Shown one piece after another: positions 1 through 9,755 of a stretch of DNA of 64,000 bases. The translations under genes and the position numbers were made by a program. The notes under the pieces were generated by a model. That model saw nothing but the letters and a program-made list of their open reading frames with translations. It made no database searches and was not told the origin of the DNA. Origin of the DNA: Candidatus Altimarinota bacterium (lineage in GTDB: Bacteria; Patescibacteriota; Gracilibacteria; CAIRYL01; GCA-016699755); NCBI GenBank assembly GCA_963664295.1, contig OY760935.1, positions 608,001 through 672,000 on the forward strand, given 5' to 3'. Position 1 is the first letter of the stretch, and each line of letters starts with the position of its first letter.

Positions 1-933
1 TTCTGTGCCTCCATGTTCATCTACTATAATTGCTATTTGTACTTTTTCTTTTTGAAAATCTTTGAGCGCAAATGATATTTTGCGAGTATGTGGTATAAAC
101 AAGACATCTTTTAGTTCTAATGCTAATAATTTTTTACTCCCATCATAACTTTTGTGGTATTCAAGTAAGTCTCTAAGTGTAATTATGCCTATAATATTAT
201 CTAAATCATCTTGATATACTGGTATTCTGGAATGAGAATGATTTATTGCAAAATCAACTGCTTCATCAAGTGTAAATTCTTGATTTAATGCGTCTATTTT
301 GGTTCGTGGGGTCATTACTTCTGCTACTGTTGTATCAGAAAACTCTAGAACATTTTCTATTATATCTTTTTCTCCTTTTTTTAGCGCTCCACCTTCTTCG
401 CCGATCTCTGCAAGAGCAAGTAATTCGCTTTCTACATCAGCCTCTGACAGTTTCTTTTTTTTCTTTTTTGAAACTAAATTGCTAAATTTTTCTAAAAACC
501 AAACTAAAGGATAAAGAACAAGACAAAGATATTTAACAAAAGGAGAGGTAAAAAGAGAAAAAGATGATGCATGTGTTTGGGCGTATGTTTTTGGCAAAAT
601 TTCACCAAAAACAAGAATTAATAAAGTTAAAAGACCTGTTGCAATACCAAGAGCTTGTGAGCCAAATGATTTTGTCACATAAACAGTAGTCAAAACTGAT
701 GCTAAGATGTTTACAAAATTATTACCTATTAAAATAGTAATAATTAGCTTGTGTGGATGATTTTTTAACCACACCAAAGCAGAAGATCCTCGTTTTTTTT
801 GATCTTTTAATGCACGCACTTTTGCCTCTGTCAAAGACAATAAAGCTACCTCCGAAGCAGAAAACAAGCCTGAGAGTAAAAAACTAATTAGAAGGAAAAT
901 TAAAATCCACAACTGCGAGTCTGGGTCGTCCAT
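1..933 (-). CDS. CNNM/HlyC-CorC family transporter (DUF21 + CBS), 3' end runs off window
   Basis: Manually translated from ATG at 933: MDDPDSQLWIL...FSASEVAL...ILIGNNFVNI...LVFGEILPK...HSRIPV...AIVVDEHGGTE. These are typical DUF21/CBS motifs. Missing from the ORF track because it is truncated. Confidence 0.9.
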   Translation of the reverse strand, partial: MDDPDSQLWILIFLLISFLLSGLFSASEVALLSLTEAKVRALKDQKKRGSSALVWLKNHPHKLIITILIGNNFVNILASVLTTVYVTKSFGSQALGIATGLLTLLILVFGEILPKTYAQTHASSFSLFTSPFVKYLCLVLYPLVWFLEKFSNLVSKKKKKKLSEADVESELLALAEIGEEGGALKKGEKDIIENVLEFSDTTVAEVMTPRTKIDALNQEFTLDEAVDFAINHSHSRIPVYQDDLDNIIGIITLRDLLEYHKSYDGSKKLLALELKDVLFIPHTRKISFALKDFQKEKVQIAIIVDEHGGTE

Positions 934-1002
934 ATATTTATAAATTCATGAAAAATTTTGCCTAAGTGAAAAAAATAAGTCAAGAAAAGAAAAAATTATT
1001 TT

Positions 1003-1030
1003 TTGACAATAATAAGCAATTAGTTATAAT
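1003..1030 (+). promoter_or_regulatory. Sigma70-type promoter (TTGACA-16-TATAAT)
   Basis: TTGACA at 1003-1008 and TATAAT at 1025-1030, upstream of ORF 1037..1372. Confidence 0.55.
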
Positions 1031-1036
1031 TTATAA

Positions 1037-1372
1037 TTGCCTAATAACAATTTGATGGAAAATCAATTCAAAAAAGCTGAAAGAATTGATCCCCTCAATT
1101 TACCTAGCTGTTTAATAGACAAAATAGACAGTACTGGCTACACAAATATCTTTTTTTGCCCAAAAGGCTATAAACAAATTATTTTTGGCATAAGAGAAGG
1201 AGTAATGCTATTTTGCCCCCAAGCTTTTGCTAGTGCGAATATTTGTTTTCAAGATCATCAAATAGTGAATTGCCCCATTGGAGTTTTGGGTTATGTTTCT
1301 AGTGATCTTAAAAAAATTCTCACAGAAATTAGTGATGAAGTTTTAGATGAGCTAGAAAAATGTAAAATTTAA
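1037..1372 (+). CDS. Hypothetical protein (likely true start ATG 1055)
   Basis: Fills the intergenic gap and has a consensus promoter upstream; no recognisable motif. Confidence 0.55.
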   Translation: MPNNNLMENQFKKAERIDPLNLPSCLIDKIDSTGYTNIFFCPKGYKQIIFGIREGVMLFCPQAFASANICFQDHQIVNCPIGVLGYVSSDLKKILTEISDEVLDELEKCKI

Positions 1373-1998
1373 AGATTTTCTCCCCATTGTGCAGGGTTTT
1401 CTTTAAATTTCATAACCAAATCAATTTGTTCTTTGTTGATATAGCCTTTTTCTTCTGCCATTGGAATTAATTCAGAAAAATCAGTAAGAGTCCAGTGTTT
1501 TACCTGCTTGCTGTCAAAATTTTCTTTTATAGCTGGCAATTGCCAACTCATTACAGCTAAAACCCCCAAAACCTCACATTGACCTTCGTTTTCTACTGCA
1601 TCTACTGTGATCATAGAGCTTTTTGCAGTTGAAATAAGGTCTTCAATAATCAAAACCTTGCTTCCTTCTGGCATTCTTCCTTCAATTTGTTTTTTTGTAC
1701 CATGTCCTTTTGGTGCATTACGAACAAAAACCATTGGTAATTTTAATCTATCTGCCAAAAAAGATGCCCATGGAATACCTGCAGTAGCAGTACCAGCCAA
1801 AAAATCAGGTTTTAAATTCTCTTCTTCCATTTTTTGGATTAGTGCTTCTATAATCCTGTCTCTTTCTTTGACAAAAGAAATTAAAACACGATTATCGCAA
1901 TAAACAGGAGCTTTTATACCGCTTGTCCACGTAAAAGGTGGATCCATTTTTACCTTTACTGCCTCTAAATCTAAAAGAATTTCCGCTATTTGTTTCAT
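1369..1998 (-). CDS. pyrE: Orotate phosphoribosyltransferase
   Basis: FTWTSGIKAPVYCDNR, GTATAGIP and the PRPP-binding motif VLIIEDLISTAKSS. Confidence 0.95.
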   Translation of the reverse strand: MKQIAEILLDLEAVKVKMDPPFTWTSGIKAPVYCDNRVLISFVKERDRIIEALIQKMEEENLKPDFLAGTATAGIPWASFLADRLKLPMVFVRNAPKGHGTKKQIEGRMPEGSKVLIIEDLISTAKSSMITVDAVENEGQCEVLGVLAVMSWQLPAIKENFDSKQVKHWTLTDFSELIPMAEEKGYINKEQIDLVMKFKENPAQWGENL

Positions 1999-2004
1999 AT
2001 TGTT

Positions 2005-2799
2005 TTAAAAATAAATTTTTTGACCTTCCGGACCTCGCTTAAAAGATCCAAAATCACTTTGACTTAAAATAAAATCACCACTAACAACAGGCCCATCAGT
2101 ACACATTCTTTTGCCGTTTAATACACACTGACCACAAACACCAAAACCGCACTTCATATAACGCTCAACAGAAACTTCGCAAGACACATTATTTGCTTTT
2201 GCAATTTCTGCCACTTTTTTCATCATCAATTCTGGCCCACAAGTTTGGATCATGTCTATTTTTTCTTTTTTTAGAAGATTTTCCAAGATATTAGTGACAA
2301 AACCTTTTTCTCCACAACTACCATCATCAGTGGCAATGCAAGTATTAAAACCACTTTCCTCACACTCTTTATTAAAAACAATTAAATCATCACACCTAGC
2401 ACCAATAAGCGCATGTACATCACAAGCGTTTTTTTGATGTTCTTCACCAAGGAAGTGCAATGGTGCAGCGCCAAAACCACCAGCAACCAAAGCAACTTTT
2501 TTATTTTTTAACACAGAAAATCCTTTACCAAAAGGCCCTCTAATTCCCACGCTATCCCCTTCTTTCAGTTCAAAAACTTTTTCTGTAAAAGGACCAACCT
2601 TAGAAATAGCTAACCAAAGCTCTTTGCCATTATCTTTAGCTATTGAAAAAGGCTTCTCATCAACACCAGGAAGCCATAAATTAACAAATTGCCCAGGCAA
2701 AGATCCAAAATCTTCGCATTCCAAAACAAAAGTCTTAACATCTCTGGCTGTGTCAGAGATTTTTAAAATTTTGCAGGTTTTTGGTAATAAGTAAGGCAT
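2005..2799 (-). CDS. pyrK: Dihydroorotate dehydrogenase electron transfer subunit
   Basis: PGQFVNLW, EKPFSI, RGPFGKGF, CGPELMM and the 2Fe-2S motif ERYMKCGFGVCGQC...CTDGPV; lies next to pyrE. Confidence 0.9.
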   Translation of the reverse strand: MPYLLPKTCKILKISDTARDVKTFVLECEDFGSLPGQFVNLWLPGVDEKPFSIAKDNGKELWLAISKVGPFTEKVFELKEGDSVGIRGPFGKGFSVLKNKKVALVAGGFGAAPLHFLGEEHQKNACDVHALIGARCDDLIVFNKECEESGFNTCIATDDGSCGEKGFVTNILENLLKKEKIDMIQTCGPELMMKKVAEIAKANNVSCEVSVERYMKCGFGVCGQCVLNGKRMCTDGPVVSGDFILSQSDFGSFKRGPEGQKIYF

Positions 2800-4145
2800 T
2801 ATTCGCCAATATTATAAATATCTAAATTATCTTCACCAACTCTCTCTACAATTTTATCAACAATATCATCAAGAGGAAATGTTTCTTGTGCTCCTCTTTC
2901 CATATTGCGCAGAATAAAGATATTTTCACGCACTTCAACTTCACCAAGAATAATAGTCCAATCAACATTAAATTTATCTGCCATTCTAAGCTGTGCTTTC
3001 ATGCTGGTTTTTCCCATAGCACCAAGAGCATGCACTCCCCTGTCGTTTAAATCTGCAAGAATTTTTACTGCCTTTTTCTTTGCAAGATCACCAAGACAAG
3101 CCACATAAACATGAATTTTATCTTTGTCCGGAGGTTGCACGCCAGCTTCTTTAAGGTGTGAAATAACTCGCTCCATACCAAAAGCAACACCAGCAGAAGG
3201 AGTTGGCTGACCGCCAAGAATTTCAGCTAAGCCATCATAACGACCTCCACCACCAATAGCATTCTGTGCTCCTTCGTTTTTATCCCAAAACTCAAAAACA
3301 GTATCAGAATAATAATCAAGACCTCTGACTAATTTTTTGTTTTCATTATATTTAATGCCAAGTTCATCTAAGAATTCTTTTACTTTTTCGTAATAATCTT
3401 TGCTGTCTTGATCCAAAAAATCGTCAAATTTAGGAGCAACAGAGGCCAAAATCTGACAATCTTCATTTTTACAATCCAAAATTCTTAAAGGATTTTTTTC
3501 TAATCTCCTCTTACAATCCTCGCACAAATTGCGCTCTCTGCCAAAAAAATGATTTTGCAATGCTTCTTCGTATGCCTTACGAACCTCAGGAGTGCCTATG
3601 GTGTTAATTTGCAACTCAAAACGATCTGCAATACCCAAATCTTCTAAAATCTTCACAGAAAGCAAAATAACCTGCACATCAATAGAATAATCACGAGCAC
3701 CAATTACCTCAAATCCAAATTGCCAAAATTGTCTATAGCGACCTTTTTGCGGACGATCATAACGAAAATGAGGCTCAATATAATAAAGCTTTACTGGCTG
3801 AGACCATGAGCTCATACCATTTTCAATATAAGAACGCATAATAGAAGCTGTGCTTTCTGGCTTCATAACAAGTTTTTTGCCTGAGCGACTCTCAAGACAA
3901 AACATTTCTTTTTCTACAATATCAGTAGCATCGCCAATACCTCTTTCAAAAACTTCTCTATTTTCCAAAATAGGCGTACTTATGCGACGAAAACCAGCTT
4001 GCCTACAACGGTGGCGTACTGCCTTTTTTACAACTGTAAAATACTCATGATCAGCAGGCAAAATATCCTTCATACCTCTAACAGCTTGAATTTTTGCTTG
4101 TTGTTGTTCATTTTGTTCATTTTCTGGTGTATTTTCTTCTGTCAT
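2799..4145 (-). CDS. hisS: Histidine--tRNA ligase
   Basis: VRGMKD, FRYDRPQKGRYRQFWQ, LVRGLDYY, GGGRYDGL. Confidence 0.98.
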   Translation of the reverse strand: MTEENTPENEQNEQQQAKIQAVRGMKDILPADHEYFTVVKKAVRHRCRQAGFRRISTPILENREVFERGIGDATDIVEKEMFCLESRSGKKLVMKPESTASIMRSYIENGMSSWSQPVKLYYIEPHFRYDRPQKGRYRQFWQFGFEVIGARDYSIDVQVILLSVKILEDLGIADRFELQINTIGTPEVRKAYEEALQNHFFGRERNLCEDCKRRLEKNPLRILDCKNEDCQILASVAPKFDDFLDQDSKDYYEKVKEFLDELGIKYNENKKLVRGLDYYSDTVFEFWDKNEGAQNAIGGGGRYDGLAEILGGQPTPSAGVAFGMERVISHLKEAGVQPPDKDKIHVYVACLGDLAKKKAVKILADLNDRGVHALGAMGKTSMKAQLRMADKFNVDWTIILGEVEVRENIFILRNMERGAQETFPLDDIVDKIVERVGEDNLDIYNIGE

Positions 4146-4288
4146 TTTTGTTTAAAAACTGACGAGTATTAAAGCATATTTTTCGCAAAAAAGAAAGGTT
4201 TTGTTAAATTTCTATTGCAAAAATTAGGTTTTTTTAAGAAAATATACAGGCTGAAAACATAAGAACAGCACTAAATTAGCTTATATAA

Positions 4289-4364
4289 AGGTGGGTAGCT
4301 CAGTTGGTAGAGCATCGGTCTCCAAAACCGAGTGTCGCGGGTTCGAATCCTGTCCCACCTGCCA
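4289..4364 (+). tRNA. tRNA-Trp (CCA)
   Basis: Acceptor stem AGGTGGG/CCCACCT, D arm AGCTCAGTTGGTAGAGC, anticodon arm TCGGT-CTCCAAA-ACCGA, T loop GTTCGAATC, encoded 3' CCA. Confidence 0.97.
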
Positions 4365-4393
4365 TTTTTAATATAATTTTAATAGCTAAAAAC

Positions 4394-4420
4394 AAAAAAA
4401 CCGCCTAATAAAGCGGTTTT
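4394..4420. terminator. Bidirectional intrinsic terminator between tRNA-Trp and rpsS
   Basis: AAAAAAACCGC-ctaataaa-GCGGTTTT hairpin with an A-tract and a T-tract, between convergent genes. Confidence 0.75.
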
Positions 4421-4444
4421 ATAATTTCTTAATAATTATTTTTC

Positions 4445-4723
4445 TTATCCTCTGGCTTGTTGTTTTGCCATCTTACCACCATGACTTTTAAACTTACGAG
4501 TTGGAGCAAATTCACCTAATCTGTGACCAACCATGTTTTCAGTCACATAAACTGGAACATGTTGCTTGCCATTATAAACAGCAAAAGTATGACCAACAAA
4601 ATCAGGATGAATTTCTGAGGCTCTTGCCCAAGTTTTAATAACTTTACCGCCTTTATCGGCCTGCTTAACCTTTTTCATAAGGTTTTCATCAACATAAGGG
4701 CCTTTTTTTAAGCTTCTTGCCAT
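4445..4723 (-). CDS. rpsS: 30S ribosomal protein S19
   Basis: [12 protein letters not shown]...KTWARAS...[13 protein letters not shown]. Confidence 0.99.
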   Translation of the reverse strand: MARSLKKGPYVDENLMKKVKQADKGGKVIKTWARASEIHPDFVGHTFAVYNGKQHVPVYVTENMVGHRLGEFAPTRKFKSHGGKMAKQQARG

Positions 4724-4738
4724 ATAATTAAACTAAAA

Positions 4739-5581
4739 TTATCTTTTTTTGCGTGTTCTACGCTTAATAATAAATTTACTTGAAGGTTTGCGTGCTTTGC
4801 GGGTTTTTTTACCAAGTGCAGGTGCTCCCCAAGGTGTTTTTGGGTGCTTAAGACCAATTGGAGAATGACCTTCACCACCACCATGTGGATGGTCGCAAGG
4901 GTTCATAGATTTACCAAGAACTTGTGGTCTTCTGCCTAATTTTCTTTTTCTACCTGCTTTTCCTATGCGCACCAATGAATGATCCTCATTAGAAACTTCA
5001 CCTATTGTTGCAAAACAGTCTTTATGAAAATATCTTACTTCTTTTGAAGGAAGCTCAACCTGAGCCATATCACCATCAAGAGAAACAAGACGAGCGCTTG
5101 TGCCAGCACTGCGAACAATTTGACCCCCCTTGCCTGCTAAAAGCTCAAGATTATATATTCTATATCCAACTGGTATGTTTTTTAGCATTAATCTATTTCC
5201 CATTTTAATTTTTGCTTTTGGATCACATACAACTTCATCGCCTGCTTTCATGCCTTTTGGAGCTATGATAAGCCTTTTTTCACCATCTACATAATACAAA
5301 AGTGCAATATTTGCAGTTCTGTTTGGATCATAGTGCAAAGAGTTTACTTTTGCAGGTATACCCATTTTATCAATCCTCAAAAAATCAATTTTTCTAATGT
5401 GTCTTTTAACACCTCCGCCTCTATGGCGTACTGTAATATGGCCATGAGAATTGCGTCCACTTGTAGATTTTTTCTTTACAAGTAAATTTTTTGGGAGTTT
5501 TTCACTAGAAATCCCCTCTCGAACGAGATAACTCATTTTTCTTTGGCCGGGTGTGACTGGTTTTACTACTTTTACTGGCAT
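4739..5581 (-). CDS. rplB: 50S ribosomal protein L2
   Basis: GHITVRHRGGG, YDPNRTANIAL, MNPCDHPHGGGEG. Confidence 0.99.
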   Translation of the reverse strand: MPVKVVKPVTPGQRKMSYLVREGISSEKLPKNLLVKKKSTSGRNSHGHITVRHRGGGVKRHIRKIDFLRIDKMGIPAKVNSLHYDPNRTANIALLYYVDGEKRLIIAPKGMKAGDEVVCDPKAKIKMGNRLMLKNIPVGYRIYNLELLAGKGGQIVRSAGTSARLVSLDGDMAQVELPSKEVRYFHKDCFATIGEVSNEDHSLVRIGKAGRKRKLGRRPQVLGKSMNPCDHPHGGGEGHSPIGLKHPKTPWGAPALGKKTRKARKPSSKFIIKRRTRKKR

Positions 5582-5583
5582 AA

Positions 5584-5943
5584 TTATTTCTTAGTTTCTT
5601 TATCTTTTTTAGCAGGAGCTTTTTTTTCTGCCTTTTTGGCTGATTTTGTCGAACCTGCAAATTTCAATACTTCAAATGAAGTTCCTTTTTTAAATTGAAT
5701 ATAAGCTTTTGCTTTTTCGCCTCTTTTTGTTCTTTCTTTTCCTCTGCCAACTAATTTTACCTTTTTTGGTGTTCTTGCCATACGCACAGAATCAACATTA
5801 GCTCCCCAAAATTTTTTAAAAGCATTTTTAATATCAATTTTTGTAGCATCTGGATGCACAAAAAAGGCAAACTGATTATTTTCTTGTAATCTCACGCTTT
5901 TTTCTGTGGTGACTTGGCCTACAACTACTTGATGTAAATTCAT
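5584..5943 (-). CDS. rplW: 50S ribosomal protein L23 (Lys/Ala-rich C-terminal tail)
   Basis: TTEKS...FFVHPDATKIDIKNAF...KAYI; sits between rplD and rplB. Confidence 0.95.
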   Translation of the reverse strand: MNLHQVVVGQVTTEKSVRLQENNQFAFFVHPDATKIDIKNAFKKFWGANVDSVRMARTPKKVKLVGRGKERTKRGEKAKAYIQFKKGTSFEVLKFAGSTKSAKKAEKKAPAKKDKETKK

Positions 5944-6572
5944 TTTTTATCAGTAAAAATCTCTTCTGTTTTTGCTATAGCGTCTTTTAAGAAAAGTATT
6001 TTCTCTGCTTTTAATATGTCGTGAATATTTAAAAAATTTGCCAATACAACTTCTACATTTGGCAAATTTGACGCACTTTTTTCAATAATCATGTCTTTTC
6101 CTGAAAGCACAACCAGCACTTTTTTTTCAACTGGTAATTTTTCTACAAGTTGAGCAAATGCTTTTGTGCTCGGTTTTTCTGCTTTAAACTCTTCTAGTGC
6201 TAATATTTCTTCTGCTTTTGCTTTTAAGCTTAATGCACCGAAAAGAGCTTTTCTGCGCATTTTTTTTGGCATTTGTTTGGTGTAATTTTCTTCACCAGTA
6301 GGACCAAAAACAGCTCCACCACCTCTCCATTGCGGAGAGCGAATAGAACCTTGACGAGCACGACCTGTGCCTTTTTGTCTCCAAGGTTTTCTGCCTCCAC
6401 CACGAACATCACTTCTATTTTTTGCATAAGCTGTTGCTACTCTTTGATTAGCAAGATGACGAACAAGCGCTTCATGCAAAAGACCTTCTTTTGCTTCAAC
6501 CTCAAAAATATCTTTTGGCAAATCTATTGTGCCTTTTTTTGCGCCGTCTTGTGTAAATAATGGTGCTTTCAT
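5940..6572 (-). CDS. rplD: 50S ribosomal protein L4
   Basis: GGGRKPWRQKGTGRARQGSIRSPQWRGGG. Confidence 0.99.
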   Translation of the reverse strand: MKAPLFTQDGAKKGTIDLPKDIFEVEAKEGLLHEALVRHLANQRVATAYAKNRSDVRGGGRKPWRQKGTGRARQGSIRSPQWRGGGAVFGPTGEENYTKQMPKKMRRKALFGALSLKAKAEEILALEEFKAEKPSTKAFAQLVEKLPVEKKVLVVLSGKDMIIEKSASNLPNVEVVLANFLNIHDILKAEKILFLKDAIAKTEEIFTDKK

Positions 6573-6577
6573 TTTTA

Positions 6578-7156
6578 TTATGACTCAATTTTTAAAACTA
6601 CTTTACTGTTAATTGCTCCTGGCACTGAGCCTTTGATAGCAACTACATTTTTATCTGTATCAATTTTAATTATTTTTCTTCTATGTGTGGTCACTTGTGC
6701 ATTTCCCATATGACCTGGCATTTTTAAGCCTTTTTTTGTTCTACCTGGGTGAACACAAGCACCTGTTGAACCATGTCTTCCTTCTTTTGTACCATGTGTA
6801 TGGCGTGCTGTGCGAAAATTATGTCTTTTTACACCACCTTGAAAACCTTTACCTTTAGAAGTTCCAACAATAGTCACTGTTGTAATTTCTCCTAAGTCAG
6901 CAAGAGTGACCTTGTCTCCTTTTTTAAACTCTTTTTCTGGCTTTGGTAGTTGTTTTAATGTTTTAAATTTCTTGGTCTTGGTTGGTTTTTTGCAAGGATT
7001 AGCACCAATAACTATTGCATCTGCATTATCTTTATCGGCAGTTTTAATTTGTACTACCTCATTAGGTTCACAAAGTACAAAAGTCACTGGGATCATATGC
7101 CCATTTTCCTCTGCAATTTGCCCCATGCCTAATTTTTTTCCTATTATACCGGACAT
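6578..7156 (-). CDS. rplC: 50S ribosomal protein L3
   Basis: GKKLGM, SKGKGFQGGVKRHNF, KMPGHMG, KGSVPG. Confidence 0.98.
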   Translation of the reverse strand: MSGIIGKKLGMGQIAEENGHMIPVTFVLCEPNEVVQIKTADKDNADAIVIGANPCKKPTKTKKFKTLKQLPKPEKEFKKGDKVTLADLGEITTVTIVGTSKGKGFQGGVKRHNFRTARHTHGTKEGRHGSTGACVHPGRTKKGLKMPGHMGNAQVTTHRRKIIKIDTDKNVVAIKGSVPGAINSKVVLKIES

Positions 7157-7240
7157 TGTTCAAATTTTTACAAGCCAAGCCATTTTCGCTGAATTTCTGT
7201 TTGAAGTCAAGAGAATTTTATAAATAAAACTAATATTAAT

Positions 7241-7588
7241 TTAATTCATACTAATTGCATTAAGTATTAAGCATATTTCATCTCTAATTTTAATAAATTT
7301 TTTATAAAATTCATCAAATTGATCTCCTGAATTCCAATCTATTTTTGACACATCTAAAAGTTGCGACATATTGCTAGCTAAGTCACCATTTGCACCTATT
7401 GTTTTTAAGTCTTCTATTGCTTTTTTTAATCTACTCTGAAATTTATTTTTATGTTCATCTATTTTTTCCTTTCTGCCCGCCTTAGCAAAACGGCTATATT
7501 GTATATCAGCAACAAAAACATTATCAGATAAACCATCAAATGTGTTTTTAACTAAATCAAAAACGCTTGGCGGACTTTCTTTAATCAT
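7241..7588 (-). CDS. Hypothetical protein
   Basis: 115-aa ORF filling the gap between gap and rplC; no motif recognised. Confidence 0.55.
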   Translation of the reverse strand: MIKESPPSVFDLVKNTFDGLSDNVFVADIQYSRFAKAGRKEKIDEHKNKFQSRLKKAIEDLKTIGANGDLASNMSQLLDVSKIDWNSGDQFDEFYKKFIKIRDEICLILNAISMN

Positions 7589-7631
7589 ATCAAAAAATAC
7601 AGAGGATAAAATTAAGTAAAAATAATACTAT

Positions 7632-8636
7632 TTACCTACTTAATGCATATTGAGCAAGTTCAACTAATCTATTTGCATATCCCCACTCATTATCATACCA
7701 AGCAAGAATTTTTACCATATTATTACCAATTAGCTGAGTGGCTTTTGCATCAACAATACTAGAACGGGAGTCCATTTTGTAATCTACTGAAACAAGAGGT
7801 CGCTCTTCATAGCCTAATATGCCTGCTAATTCATTTTCTGAAGCTTTTTTGAGTTCTTCGTTAATCTCCTCTTTTGAAGTTGCACGATTTAAATTAACAG
7901 TAAGATCAACAATAGAGACAGTAGGCGTAGGAACACGCACAGCACAACCATTTAATTTACCATCAAGCTCAGGAATAACCAAAGCCACTGCTTTTGCAGC
8001 GCCAGTAGTAGTAGGCACCATAGACAAATTCGCGGATCTTGCTCTGCGTAAATCTTTATGAGGAGCATCAAGTAATCTCTGATCACCTGTATAGGAATGA
8101 ATTGTTGTCATTAATCCTTTTTCTATGCCAAATTTCTCATGAAGCACTTTAGCAACAGGAGCAAGTCCATTGGTAGTACAGCTGGCATTAGAAATAATAA
8201 AATGTTTTTCAGGATCATATTGAGCTTCATTAACACCCATAACAAAAGTACCGTCTATTTCACTTTTTGCAGGAGCAGAAAGCACAACCCGCTTAGCACC
8301 AGCAACCAGATGCTGACTAGCCGTCTCACGAGTGCGAAAAACACCAGTACACTCCAGAACCAAATCTACTTCCAGCTCTTTCCAAGGCAATACAGTTGGA
8401 TCTTTTTCTGTATAAATAGGAATTTCTTTACCATTAACAGTCATTGAGTTTTCTGTATATGAAACCTCTCCTTCAAATTTTCCATAAGTTGAATCAAACT
8501 CAAAAAGATGCGCCATAGTCTCTGCAGGAGCAAGGTCGTTGATAGCCACAACCTCTAAGTTCATTTTTCTTTTTAAGATAGAAGCCAAAGCCATTCTGCC
8601 AATCCTACCAAAACCATTAATTGCAACTTTTTTCAT
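7632..8636 (-). CDS. gap: Glyceraldehyde-3-phosphate dehydrogenase (type I)
   Basis: INGFGRIGR, SNASCTTN, WYDNEWGY. Confidence 0.99.
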   Translation of the reverse strand: MKKVAINGFGRIGRMALASILKRKMNLEVVAINDLAPAETMAHLFEFDSTYGKFEGEVSYTENSMTVNGKEIPIYTEKDPTVLPWKELEVDLVLECTGVFRTRETASQHLVAGAKRVVLSAPAKSEIDGTFVMGVNEAQYDPEKHFIISNASCTTNGLAPVAKVLHEKFGIEKGLMTTIHSYTGDQRLLDAPHKDLRRARSANLSMVPTTTGAAKAVALVIPELDGKLNGCAVRVPTPTVSIVDLTVNLNRATSKEEINEELKKASENELAGILGYEERPLVSVDYKMDSRSSIVDAKATQLIGNNMVKILAWYDNEWGYANRLVELAQYALSR

Positions 8637-8663
8637 TATTTTTAATTAAAAAATCAAACAAAA

Positions 8664-9623
8664 CTAAAAAAACAATTTAGAAACAGAACGTTTCTCAAGA
8701 ACATTTTGAATTACATTTGCCACCAAAGGAGCAACAGAGACAACTTGAAGATTTAATTTTTTCTCTGCGTCTTCAGGCAAAGGAAGTGAATTTGTCACTA
8801 AAATTTTATGAAAATTGGCTTCTGCAAGCCGATCAACAGCAGGACCAGAAAAAATAGGATGAGTAGCAACAAGATAAACATTATCATTTGCACCTGCTTC
8901 TATAAGTGCATTTTTTGCACCCAGCACACTCCCCGCAGTGTCCACCATATCATCAACCAAAATTGGAGTTTTCCCTTTAACATCACCAATAACATTACTC
9001 ATCATTTCCGCTTTATTATGATCAGGACGAGTTTTATGCAAAAGAGCAAGATCTGCACCAAGCGCATCAGCAAACTTCTTAGCATATTTAGCGCCACCAG
9101 CATCAGGCGAAACAACTACAGGATTTTCTATTTTTTCCTTTTTTAATTCTTCAACAAAAATATACTTAGCATTAAGGTTGTCAACAGGCACATCAAAGAA
9201 AGCCTGAATCTGATCCGCGTGTAAATGCAAAGTAATAAGATGATCTGCGCCAGCTTCGACCAATAGTTTAGCCATTAACTTAGCAGAAATTGCCTCTCTG
9301 GCTTTGTGAATTTTATCCTGACGGGAATAACCAAAATAAGGCAAAATTACATGAACTTTTTTAGCAAAACTCCGCTTAGCAGCATCGCACATTAAAAAAG
9401 TTTCCATAAAATCCTCATTCACTGTATAGCGAGTGGTTGTGTTGATGATAAACACATGCTTTCCGCGTACAGAATCCTCTAAGTTCACAAAAATCTCACC
9501 ACAGGCAAATTTTTTCAGAGTTATGTTTGCAAGTGGCACGTTCAAAAGTTTGGCTATTTCATCTGCCAGTTCTGAGTGAACTGTGCCTGCAAATAGCCGG
9601 AAGTCGGTTTGTTCTTTATTCAT
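8664..9623 (-). CDS. prs: Ribose-phosphate pyrophosphokinase
   Basis: PYFGYSRQD, VVSPDAGG, LVDDMVDTAGS. Confidence 0.97.
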   Translation of the reverse strand: MNKEQTDFRLFAGTVHSELADEIAKLLNVPLANITLKKFACGEIFVNLEDSVRGKHVFIINTTTRYTVNEDFMETFLMCDAAKRSFAKKVHVILPYFGYSRQDKIHKAREAISAKLMAKLLVEAGADHLITLHLHADQIQAFFDVPVDNLNAKYIFVEELKKEKIENPVVVSPDAGGAKYAKKFADALGADLALLHKTRPDHNKAEMMSNVIGDVKGKTPILVDDMVDTAGSVLGAKNALIEAGANDNVYLVATHPIFSGPAVDRLAEANFHKILVTNSLPLPEDAEKKLNLQVVSVAPLVANVIQNVLEKRSVSKLFF

Positions 9624-9708
9624 TTAAGTAAATCTTACAAAAAAATTCTTTATTTGGAAATAAAATTTTTTAAACACAAGAAAAAAGCGAGTAAAAAAAC
9701 TCACTTAC

Positions 9709-9748
9709 AAAAAAATGGCGAGGGGTGGCAAGTGCCACCCCGTTGCCG
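9709..9748 (-). terminator. Intrinsic terminator of the GC-rich gene
   Basis: Minus strand reads GGCAACGGGGTGGCACTTGCCACCCCTCGCCATTTTTTT: a GC-rich hairpin plus U-tract right after the stop at 9756. Confidence 0.8.
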
Positions 9749-9755
9749 GATTCCA

